Shown: positions 1-10,000 of the stretch, piece after piece | Layout: the number at the start of each line of letters is the position of its first letter | Numbering within the stretch: the first letter of the stretch is position 1 | Source: Trypanosoma brucei | Taxonomy: Eukaryota | Length of the DNA stretch: 64,000 nt | Direction: 5' to 3' | NCBI GenBank assembly: GCA_000002445.1 | Contig: CM000207.1 | Span: 2,176,001 to 2,240,000 of the forward strand | Translations under genes and position numbers: made by a program | Notes under the pieces: model-generated | The model's database searches: none | Seen by the model: the letters and a program-made list of their open reading frames with translations, nothing else | Told to the model about the DNA's origin: nothing

Positions 1-744
1 ATTTGTGCCCGAGTTTCAGGGGCAAATCTTCTATAAGAGTCGCCCTACTACGAATGCAGTGTATTTGACGTTCTGAAGCACACCCTCTTTTGCTTCCCGC
101 TCAGTGTGCCAGCGTCAGGACGCCAACGGAATAGGCAAAGACAGCTAGAGTAAAAGGAAACAAAAAGAGATGAATTACGAAAAGATAAGGAAAAGGAACA
201 AGCAATATTGCAACCGGGGGCACAAATGCACCAAGGATTATCGTCAGTAACAGTAATCGTCAAAGGAACGGGACGTGATGACAGCGCAGAAGGCTGTCTC
301 CTCACAACTCCCCCCCCCCTACTCCTTACTTGCATGTGTCCAGTTACTGCTCGCTTACTGCTGAACAGTACTTTGCACCCCAACCCCCCCCCTCCTCATT
401 CACTCGCATGCACTTTTATTTATCTATTTTTTCGAATTCATCCCGTTATGCATTACAAGCCGTGAGTTCACCCAATTCCTTCGTAGGTGTACCTCAACTC
501 TAAACTCACATCACCTTTACGCATGCATAGCCTCGTTCTACCCCCACCCTTTGCGATCAGTAAAACTGTCTGCAACAACACAGCGGTTGCGATCCCATAA
601 ATGGAGAAGGAAGGAAAGAGACAAAATCTGTAAGAAATAAGGGGGAGCAGAGAAGATCATACTTTCCAGTAAACACAAGTGGGCACAAATACTACCACGT
701 GTGCCCAGGAATAGGAAATCATAAATGATCGGAAATGGAGATGA

Positions 745-745
745 A

Positions 746-777
<32 letters not shown>
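745..777. repeat. (AT)n microsatellite, about 13 units, then GTATATA
   Basis: Perfect atatat... run read directly from sequence 745-770. Confidence 0.85.
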
Positions 778-842
778 GGTCGTTTCCTCCACTCTATACA
801 AGACATCACACAAGGGTCTAGACATGCAGCCACACTTATCCC

Positions 843-3101
843 CTATAGAAGCCTCATCAGCTTCTCACGAATGGGTGCCGCTTTGACGTTGTAGCTGGCT
901 AGATTTCCCGAGTGAGCCGCGAACATAAGCTCCAACGCGCTACTAAGCCGTGGGAGGAGTGTCCGTGGCCGCAGAGAACGAGGAAGGTTGATTGCAATGC
1001 TAGCCGCACGATCCAGCACGGAAAGAATCACCTCCGGATGCATGCGAACCGAAGCTGCACACTGAAGAACTCTGTCAGCTGCACGAAGTAAGTGCTGCAC
1101 GACCCCAACAGGTAAACTGGCGGAGGATCCGCCGCCTCGTTGTGCGCTAGCACAGGCTTTGCGATACTCAAATAGGGCCGCACATGCGCACAGGACATTC
1201 AGCATGCGTAGGTTTTGACTCGCATCGACAGAAATAAATGAGCTGCTCAACGCTTGACCCACACGTTGCACCTCGTCTGACAACAGGGCGTTGGGAGTGC
1301 GCAGGATCTCCTCAAAATGTACCTGAACGGATTTAGACTGTTGGCTCTCCAACGCAAGCCACACAGCGGACGCAGTGTCGCCACACGTCATCTTTTCACG
1401 GATCAACTTTCTGTTAAGTACGTCAACGGCCTTGTGCCTGTAGAAATCAACGGCGCTAATCCACCTGCTTACGGTAGCACTCGCCGGATATTTGTCGTGC
1501 AGCAGTCGACGGAGAGCAACCTGAAAAGGACTGTTATCCTCCCACGATGTCTGGATAAACGTTTGGAGGGACAAAGACGTGTACCGATCACGCACCGCGT
1601 TCGATGTCTGGCCAATCACGGTGCGGTAGAGCTCAGCAGGATTCATGAAGGGTGAGTACACTGTGTAAGTAGCTGCCGTACGCCACAGAAGTGGATGCCA
1701 CCTGAAGAGTTCAACGTAGTCCCTAATGAGCTCATTTCGGGTGAAGGTGACAGAAATTTGATCCACAGGTGCGCCCATGGGAGGTGCACAGATGTCGGCC
1801 ACGTGTGCTGCCATGAAAAGTAAAGAAAAGCCACGAAGACTTTTGCCTCCCATGGGCAACTCAACCGCATCTCCCAACAGATGGTCATCTCCACTGTCAG
1901 TGATGCTAACATCCTCCCCATAAACACCCGACACATCCTCACTGCCATCACCAACATCTTCACCTAGACTAGCAATGCTCGAAACTGGGCTAGAAACAAA
2001 GTTGCTATCACCATCCTGGCCCTTCAGTCTTCCGGTGGCCGGAACCGACTGAATATGCTCATTTCGACGCACTGCATCGCGTACAAACTGCATAACACCA
2101 ACTACATCAGCCACGCACCGGCAGCCAAGTAGCTGTTCCACGACGGCGACGTACCACGGTCCCTTCACCGTACCTTCCCATGAATCCCAAGCCGTGCGGA
2201 ACAAGTGATGCATCTGTTGCAACGTCATGGGCGGCCCACAAACCACGCAAACAGCGGCTACGTAATCCACCACATCAAGATTAAGCAGGCAACACATATG
2301 CAACACCAGCGCTGCATCCCCACTAACCATGAGAAGGAGATCTAGGCAAAGGGACTTCAACTGCTGCGCCACCTGCATTGCGACGCCACCCTTCCTGTTC
2401 GCATTCCCTAAGATACGCTTACAGTCAACAAGTAACCGGTTCGCGGTGTCTGCCCAGGCAGCGTGCACTACACCGCTAGCTGGTGGGTGGAGCAACAAGT
2501 GAATGACATCCGCCAGCGCGCTCTCCTCCTCTGCACTGAATATATCCAAACTGAAAGTGCGCAAGTATTCCATAAATGTGCTGAGGAGTTGCGCACTGAT
2601 TGGAAACAACCCTGCCAGAAAGCAGCGCTGCATAGCGACCATGCATGGTCCAACGATCTCCATGAGGACGCCCTCTTTTCCAGGTGTTGACGAGCTGAGC
2701 TCGTTAAGAATCTGTTCCACACCTTCAGGGTGCACGAACCTGGAACGATACCAATCCACGTACAACCCATTCACCACGAGGCCGTCGTCGCCACACCCTT
2801 CGAGGACGCCAAGCACGATAGAGACAAGCTCCCACACAACCCCAACCGTCAGATCAAAAGGCACCTCGTCACTAACCGCCTTGAGCCGCAAAAAGAAGAG
2901 GTCCGACCACTGGCAAAGAGTTTCCGGGGTCGCAGCAGCAGAAGTTTGTTCTCCCCAAAGCGCCTTCATCTCACGGGGTTGACCATCGGGCAATTCCACG
3001 TACGAGGCAAAGCGATGTCGTTGCAAATGGACGAAAGCGTCAAAACCAGACCGTACCGCCGTGATAAATGAGGGGGGCAGACCGGATGCCGTGCACCTCA
3101 T
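843..3101 (-). CDS. Conserved hypothetical protein (752 aa), no recognisable domain
   Basis: Long uninterrupted minus-strand ORF in a co-directional gene run. Globular composition. No motif I can name. Confidence 0.5.
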   Translation of the reverse strand: MRCTASGLPPSFITAVRSGFDAFVHLQRHRFASYVELPDGQPREMKALWGEQTSAAATPETLCQWSDLFFLRLKAVSDEVPFDLTVGVVWELVSIVLGVLEGCGDDGLVVNGLYVDWYRSRFVHPEGVEQILNELSSSTPGKEGVLMEIVGPCMVAMQRCFLAGLFPISAQLLSTFMEYLRTFSLDIFSAEEESALADVIHLLLHPPASGVVHAAWADTANRLLVDCKRILGNANRKGGVAMQVAQQLKSLCLDLLLMVSGDAALVLHMCCLLNLDVVDYVAAVCVVCGPPMTLQQMHHLFRTAWDSWEGTVKGPWYVAVVEQLLGCRCVADVVGVMQFVRDAVRRNEHIQSVPATGRLKGQDGDSNFVSSPVSSIASLGEDVGDGSEDVSGVYGEDVSITDSGDDHLLGDAVELPMGGKSLRGFSLLFMAAHVADICAPPMGAPVDQISVTFTRNELIRDYVELFRWHPLLWRTAATYTVYSPFMNPAELYRTVIGQTSNAVRDRYTSLSLQTFIQTSWEDNSPFQVALRRLLHDKYPASATVSRWISAVDFYRHKAVDVLNRKLIREKMTCGDTASAVWLALESQQSKSVQVHFEEILRTPNALLSDEVQRVGQALSSSFISVDASQNLRMLNVLCACAALFEYRKACASAQRGGGSSASLPVGVVQHLLRAADRVLQCAASVRMHPEVILSVLDRAASIAINLPRSLRPRTLLPRLSSALELMFAAHSGNLASYNVKAAPIREKLMRLL

Positions 3102-3535
3102 TCTACACTCCTCCCAACTTGCTTACAGTTGCAAATGTGGTCGCGCGCAAACCTAACTGCTCACACTGTCTCTGTGTTGACGGAAAATGAAATCGTACGA
3201 GAAGGAAGTAGCACTGTCTCTCTTCAGACTGCGCACTCAACGATATAACGGGACAAAGGGAGGAATGTACATCATAAACAAGCACTCACGTTCGTTTAAT
3301 CCCCGTTCAAAGCGCAGGCTACACATCAAAAGCAGAGCAGCAGCTCCACATATACGTATATATACACGTGGTCGGGTCGTATCATGGGGAAGAGTGGTTC
3401 GGCAAAGAACAGCACCACTCGATGCAGAAGTCCATCGAGTAACAACTGGTACGCACACACAAAAACAAACAAACCTAGAACTCTCAGACTGCTTTTCCGC
3501 AAACCGCAGTGGAAAAACAACAACAACAACAACAA

Positions 3536-3600
3536 ACATCAGACAACCCTCACACCCACTTTCACCACCACAACTATCACCCCCCCAAAAAAAAAAAAGG
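3536..3600 (-). promoter_or_regulatory. Polypyrimidine tract (minus strand T12/G-run) upstream of the 843..3101 gene, probable trans-splicing and coupled polyadenylation signal
   Basis: Plus strand reads CCCCCCCAAAAAAAAAAAAGG, a pyrimidine run on the coding (minus) strand. It sits in the intergenic gap between two minus-strand ORFs. Confidence 0.4.
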
Positions 3601-3651
3601 AAAACAAAGCACAACTACGAATTACACTCAACATGGAGCTAACAAGGCAAA

Positions 3652-6159
3652 CTACTGCACGTCCTTGTTGCACTCCGTAGCTTCCTCCTTGCCAGTGTCG
3701 TCTACCACCTCCACAACATCGGGAAGCATTATTTCACCCTTTGTCATCTCCGCACCTGTCGCATCGTCCAAAAAGACTGCCCTACCAACATCGGGCTGAG
3801 GCGTAGTATTGAGTTTGGCGCCGGTGGTGCTAGACTCGCTAGAGCTGTCAAGTGGAAGCCGCAGCAGCACACGGAGGGCCAGTAAAGGCAGCTCCTTCTG
3901 ACACCCCCATACAAAAGCAGCCCCTGTAAACACAACCCCAAGCACGAAGAACACTTCCCCCACAAGGTAGGCGGTAAAGTCGCCAATCGTGCGATCGAGA
4001 AGAATGGCAACGAGCCCTTTCGCCGCGGACACCCACGCTACGGTTGACCATCGTGGATCTGCTGTGAAGAACTCAAGGAAGACAGTGGTTGAAACCCATG
4101 GAAAGGCTATATACAGAGTCAAGTTGTACAATTTAGATAGTACACCAACAACTGACAACCCAAAGAGTGTAAATATCAGAACCGTGTGCGCAACAGTGTA
4201 CCTCAAAAGCACCACGGAGTGCAGCTTAGCAAACAACGTCAGCATGACCATGTATTTGCCACCAGGCCAACGGCCCACAAAGCTTGTGTAGCCCGTACCA
4301 TCACGGGTGGCGATGTCGTGTAATTCATTTCGCATGGCTATCAAAACAATGGCCGTCTGAATGAGTGCCACAAAAGAGTGGGTGCAAAATGTCGTGCCAG
4401 TGTAGAGAGACACTACGCAGAATAGGCCGTTACAAACAGCACAAACGGTGGCAAAGAACACATTGACCATCCTGCAAACACCCGAGAAAAACCACCACAG
4501 CAGCCCCCACGCAGCCTGTGCCTCCGCAGCAAGCAACTCCTTCTGCAAGCGATACAGATATGCAAGCGGAGAGCAGAGGGCGTCCCCAATGCGAGACAAG
4601 TCGTAATCCAGAAAAAAAAGCGACAGCGTTTGAAGCATCCAGGATAAAGTAAGCTGCAGTGCACCGTACAGTGTCTGTAACGGCCAGCGTACGACCACTG
4701 TCAAAATCACTTGTACAATATTTAGGCAGTACAACACCAAATGCCACTCTGCGCGCAAAGTCCAAAGAAGCACGCGCCAAAGACCCGGGACGAGCTCCAA
4801 CGCATCCAGCACCAACCGGACCGTCTCGAAGACACAATCGACAGACCTAACACCAAGTTGAAAGCGCTGGTCTTCAGCGTGCTCCAGGAGAGATTTCGCA
4901 CACAAAGTCGAGTTAGTGCCCTTCACAGCGCGACAGTACGCTCCCGTCACAAACACGCCCACGTCCTCCAATAGCTGAAGGACGTCCGGCATGAGGTTCC
5001 AGCACGTCCAAATTATCGTTTGGACGAAAGCAAGAGAATTTGCGACTACTGTAGCTGCGATGGGGATGACGACACGGTCGGCGATGAATGCAGCGCCTTC
5101 GGGTATGTTCCGCACTGCCATGGGTAAATACCATACGCAGCGAAAGAAATATGGTACTTCAGCCCTTAACGCCGTCGGGACAAGGGTAGGATCCCCCACG
5201 AGCTTCGAGAAGCGATAACTCACCGCACTAGGAAGGCACAGCAAAACGTCAATCTCGTCCTTGAGAATCGACTTACCAACTGCCTGCAGTTGCGACAAAG
5301 CGTCAGCACATTTGTCTGCATGGAGAATGCTAACCACAGCCTTGAAGTTGCCATCAGCATAAAACTCTACGGTAACGTTTTCAAATGTTGTGCTGGCGTC
5401 CAGGGTTAAGCAACGGGAAAAGGTTTTCCCGTTGCTATTGCCATCCCTAGCACTCGAAGGGAGGCCACAACGCAGAGTGACATCTTCCAACCGACCACTT
5501 TCTCCGAGAAGAGCCACCTGGTGCAAAGGCAGGAAACCTCCGTTAGCACCATCACCAAGACAACTCTCCATGGAACCGATGCGGGTGTTGGTGGCAAATG
5601 AAACTAAAGTGTGACGCCGCATGCCTAGTTGTCGTGTCACGGCGCCGGCTTGAGTGGGAATTGTACCAGCAACCGCCCCGCTGCATGGCTGCCGTGTCAA
5701 CGTCACGTCGTTGTACATCACGAGAAGATGTTCCGGACCGGTGGCTTCCCCCGTTGGCCAAAGGGCTATTTGTCCACGGTACCGTGAGGTCCATGTCCTA
5801 GCCTTAGGTGGAAGTGTGACGTGAACGGTGTGGCTGAGCTGCTCCAAACACTGACCGGCCAAGAGGAAACAGAATAAGAAGGTGGTAGCGCCACGCTCCC
5901 ACGTCCTCACCCCAGAAACCAGTGCAAGCCCCGCCCCAGCCGATACAAGAAACCATGAGATGCTGGAGAGTGACAAGGAGACCAGCAAGCAAACAGGTAG
6001 ACATATGAGACTAATGTAATGCCATCGGAGGTTTATGAACCACGACGGAAGCCGGGATACGGTGGACGCAACATGTTGCACCAAAAAGACAAGTCCAATT
6101 GTAGCCAAAGAAACACTGAAAGCGATATGCAGATCCCTCTCCTCCAATGTTACCCGCAT
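3652..6159 (-). CDS. Polytopic integral membrane protein (835 aa), function unknown
   Basis: Long ORF. One N-terminal hydrophobic segment, then a soluble region of about 250 aa, then at least 10 hydrophobic helices in the C-terminal half. Confidence 0.5.
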   Translation of the reverse strand: MRVTLEERDLHIAFSVSLATIGLVFLVQHVASTVSRLPSWFINLRWHYISLICLPVCLLVSLSLSSISWFLVSAGAGLALVSGVRTWERGATTFLFCFLLAGQCLEQLSHTVHVTLPPKARTWTSRYRGQIALWPTGEATGPEHLLVMYNDVTLTRQPCSGAVAGTIPTQAGAVTRQLGMRRHTLVSFATNTRIGSMESCLGDGANGGFLPLHQVALLGESGRLEDVTLRCGLPSSARDGNSNGKTFSRCLTLDASTTFENVTVEFYADGNFKAVVSILHADKCADALSQLQAVGKSILKDEIDVLLCLPSAVSYRFSKLVGDPTLVPTALRAEVPYFFRCVWYLPMAVRNIPEGAAFIADRVVIPIAATVVANSLAFVQTIIWTCWNLMPDVLQLLEDVGVFVTGAYCRAVKGTNSTLCAKSLLEHAEDQRFQLGVRSVDCVFETVRLVLDALELVPGLWRVLLWTLRAEWHLVLYCLNIVQVILTVVVRWPLQTLYGALQLTLSWMLQTLSLFFLDYDLSRIGDALCSPLAYLYRLQKELLAAEAQAAWGLLWWFFSGVCRMVNVFFATVCAVCNGLFCVVSLYTGTTFCTHSFVALIQTAIVLIAMRNELHDIATRDGTGYTSFVGRWPGGKYMVMLTLFAKLHSVVLLRYTVAHTVLIFTLFGLSVVGVLSKLYNLTLYIAFPWVSTTVFLEFFTADPRWSTVAWVSAAKGLVAILLDRTIGDFTAYLVGEVFFVLGVVFTGAAFVWGCQKELPLLALRVLLRLPLDSSSESSTTGAKLNTTPQPDVGRAVFLDDATGAEMTKGEIMLPDVVEVVDDTGKEEATECNKDVQ

Positions 6160-7048
6160 GACGATATCTGGTGTCCTTCAAAAGTTCTACGCCAGTCCAC
6201 TCTACTTCTGTAATCAACTAGGTACAGGTCGGTGTCCCCCTTCCCCCCCTCCCACGTCCCAGAGAATTACCCTTGGCAACCAGTGCCCTTCTCAAAGTCG
6301 CACCTCCTTTCCTCCCCCCTCTGGAGGCACACATTTGGATATAAACAAAAGAAACCAACCGAGAGAAAAGGGAAATGGGGATACGCAAAAGTACGTGTAC
6401 ATCATGGGGTTTAAGTGAATTAAGAACCCTGACGTCTGAAATTGGGGTGGAGCATCGTCTTTGTTACGATGCCTGTGCATATATGTGCACGCAACAAAGG
6501 ATAGGTGGTTCAAGTGGAAGAAGGGGCGATGAAAAATTCACGGGCACCAACGCAACAGCGGAAAGAAAAATAATCGCACACTGAGAGGCGAGTTCAGGGG
6601 TAGTACAACCAGAAAAGGAACAGAGGCAAGAAAGAAAACGCTGGCCCCATACAAATGTGTTCAAAAAAGGGGGAAGAAACTTTAACACAACAGTTCCGAG
6701 CAAAATTAAAACGTCAAGTCTCTCAACCATCCACTGATTTTTTCGGTATGAAAGTAAAACACAGTGCCACTGGTGATATTTTCAAAGGGGACGTTTAAAC
6801 CAGGCACCACTTTAATACTTAAAAAGAAAAAGGGGAGTGAAGCGGATATGCGAGAGGAAAAACTAGTCCCAAATCAAAAACCACAATACGCACAACGTTA
6901 TATGCGAACTTACACACAGGGAGGCCCTCATGGAAAAAAGTGCATTGTTTATGCCTTTGAGTCACAGACAGACAGGTACTTTCTTGTCGTTCCCTTTCTC
7001 TCTCCAAGAAACCGAATCACTAAAAGCACTAGAAAATTTGCTTCGCCA

Positions 7049-10000
7049 CTAGCAACTCTCAGTGACACGCGTATTTACCTCCCGCTTAATGCGTTCCAAG
7101 TGACCCAGTATCTCGATCTTCCAGTTGCTGCTACTCTGCACAGCACAGTTTACCCCCGTCATGTCACTACTGCAGCCAAAAGCGTCCTCCTCACTTCCTA
7201 CACTTCCACTGCCTACACATTCGGGCGCGGCCACCAGACGCTGCTGCACAACTTTCCACCGGTCGGAATCCTCACGATGCCATTCAACGACACTCGCCGA
7301 CACCTCTCGAACAAGTGCCATTGCTGCATCATCACTATAAACATTGGTGGTTGCCTCACGCATTACACATGGATATGCTGATGCGCCTTCGGCAACAACA
7401 GGGGCTCTGGAAAGCGTTGTGTCCATCCGCAGGCAAACGTTGTCAACGAATCTGGCGTATTCTTCACCCACGATGGAATGCAACGCGTGTATATTACTTT
7501 TGTCAACTTTGTTAAGGTGCCAAATCATCAAAAGTAACACCCCGACTTCGACTGTATCTCCTCTAGTAACGGCGTTGCCGAGGTGAAAAAGAAGAATTCG
7601 TATCGTTCTCGGCCTATTCTCGTTGGCCTCCAACACCTGCCTAAGCGCCACGGGTTTCAACTTGCCAAAAGCTTCCGTTGTTGTCAGGAGCATGTAACTC
7701 AGATGATCACGCGTCTCGAAGAGGCGGCTGTATTCCCTCATGCGCATGCGAACCCACGAATCGTTTCTAACGGCTATGGCATTAATGCAGTTCACAATGC
7801 TCAACACCAATGGAACGGGAGGTGGGGAAAGGATATCCTCGATGCTCCGAAAGAGGAGGTCGAGATTCTGTACGATGTTCATTGCTTCTGCACGGTTGCT
7901 AAACCCGTGGTGATTCAACGCAAAGTGTGAAGCAATATCTTCGAGGATAATCCTCCTGAAAATAGTCGGATGTCTCCCCCGAACGATATCGCGCACAACA
8001 CCGGCGCTGGAGTTGCAACCAAGGTCCCGTATGGCAAGACGGGTGGCCGCGCGGCGAATACGCTTCTCGATACCGGCGAATATCCGTGGCCTCTGGGATG
8101 CCAAAAGGCCTTCGCCGGTGTAGCTGCTTCGTGAAGTCGGACTCGCCATCACGTGCTGTATCGAGTCCCACAGTAACGTCAACCACGGGAAGGTCAACAG
8201 CATTTCGCTGCTCTTGGGACAACCCACAATTTTCTCAATGTAGGTTAGCACCCGAAGGGCAACTACGGCCGGTGACTCACGCTCTCCGCAGACTGAGGAG
8301 GAGGAAGGGATACCGGTGAACGAACTCCCACGCTGGACATTACCCTGCCCAGAAACAGCGAACGTGAACTCCCCCGTAACGACCGCCGCGTCCAGTATGT
8401 CCTCACAGGATTCTTCCATGTGGTTATTCATGTTCTGAAGCAGACACTCGAGGAGGCGAAGAAGTGGGTAGATCACCTGGGGTTCCCGAAGTACACCCTC
8501 ACTGTATGCCCGGACACGGGACAACTCATGAACCTCGCACAGTTGATACTGACTACAGTCGCCTCCAGAACCCTCACAGAATGATCCAAAGCCGTACTCC
8601 CGCCGCGCCATGCGCAACGGCTGATGAATCAGGCAGGGCAAATAACCTTGCGAGCCAACCACATGCAACCGTTTTTCGGTTGTTGATACACCAGCAACTT
8701 CATGAGGTAAATTGTCTCGTCGACTCCCCAAGGACGCAGTCCGTATTTGTCTTGCCCTTTCAAGGCCGCCGCTTGCTGCGGGTAGGAATGCTCCAAATGC
8801 CATTTGAAACAAGCAGTTGAATGTGGCCATACCAATGGGAACACATGCGGCTTCAGGGCCGGCCATCACAGCGGCAAGTACCTCATACCCCCGGCTATTA
8901 ATGAATTTTTTGTGGGAATCCTCCCTGCTGTGAAGAATCAGAGACAGAATGCGAAGCGCTAACACCCGAATAACCTCACTACCATGACTCTTCCCCCCAG
9001 CCAACAATATCAGGAAGGAGGCGCCAGTGTTGTCAAAAGCACTCTCAATCAAGTCACATACAGTGGTGTCAGTGCGCGCGATGTCAAACAACATATGAAG
9101 CACAACCGCCTTTACACGTTCATGCGTTTTGCTAACGGCCTCAATCAACAGAAATTTCAACACTTGTTCAATCTCCCGCGGTTCCTTGCACAACCTTTCC
9201 ACAAGAACGATCAGATTCCCCACACATTCTAGAGGAAGAGACACGCTCATATTCAGTAAGCGCTCAAAACGACCGGGGACCAACCGGAATATTGCAACAT
9301 TCTCTGGGAAGAGGAGTGTATCACTAAGTTCGCGCAACAAGCACGATGCATCGTGTGGTCCAAGCCCCCCTCTATCAACGAGATCGAGCATCAGAGAGAG
9401 AATGCTTTGCGTGGTATCATGGTTGCGCATTATCTTTCCACCGCGCGGGATGGTACAGGATATCAGGAGCGCGGGTACATCAACTGGCATATGACGCCAG
9501 GAGAGCAATGCCCCTCGTAGCCGCTCAATAACACCCCCATCTATGATCCGGTCGATGCCCCCGTCTATCGTGGATAACTTCATTGTCGTGCAGAGGAAGC
9601 GCACGCATAGCCTGGCAACTACGGGAAAACTCTCCGCAGCTGCCCCGGCCCCCGCCACGGTCCGAACCGCCCAACCTGCCACATCATGGTGCGCGAAGAT
9701 TTCACCCATATTTGGTGGCAAAAACGTAGTCAAATTTGACACAGACAAGTTCTGGGGTCGCTGCCTGATCTCATCAACAACCTTGATAATGGGAACATCC
9801 TCCCCGAAGGAAACTCCGCACAGCACGTTCAACGGAAGGTAACACGACGCCGCCGCTTCAGACAGAGACTTTGGGCCCAAATCGTACAATTTCATGACCT
9901 CCTCCATCGTTAGCGCACGGTCCAACAGCTCCATGCTCGCGGCAAAACCGAAGAATGAAGGGACACCAAGAACTCCACCAAGAGAAATTTTCACCACCTT

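Noticed and set aside
3187-3799. Several overlapping small ORFs rich in N/Q/T/K
   Set aside because: Low-complexity intergenic (CAA)n / A-run region between two minus-strand genes. Non-coding.
6764-7381. 205-aa plus-strand ORF
   Set aside because: Opposite strand to the PTU. It overlaps the 3' end of the 1,708-aa gene. No domain, biased composition.
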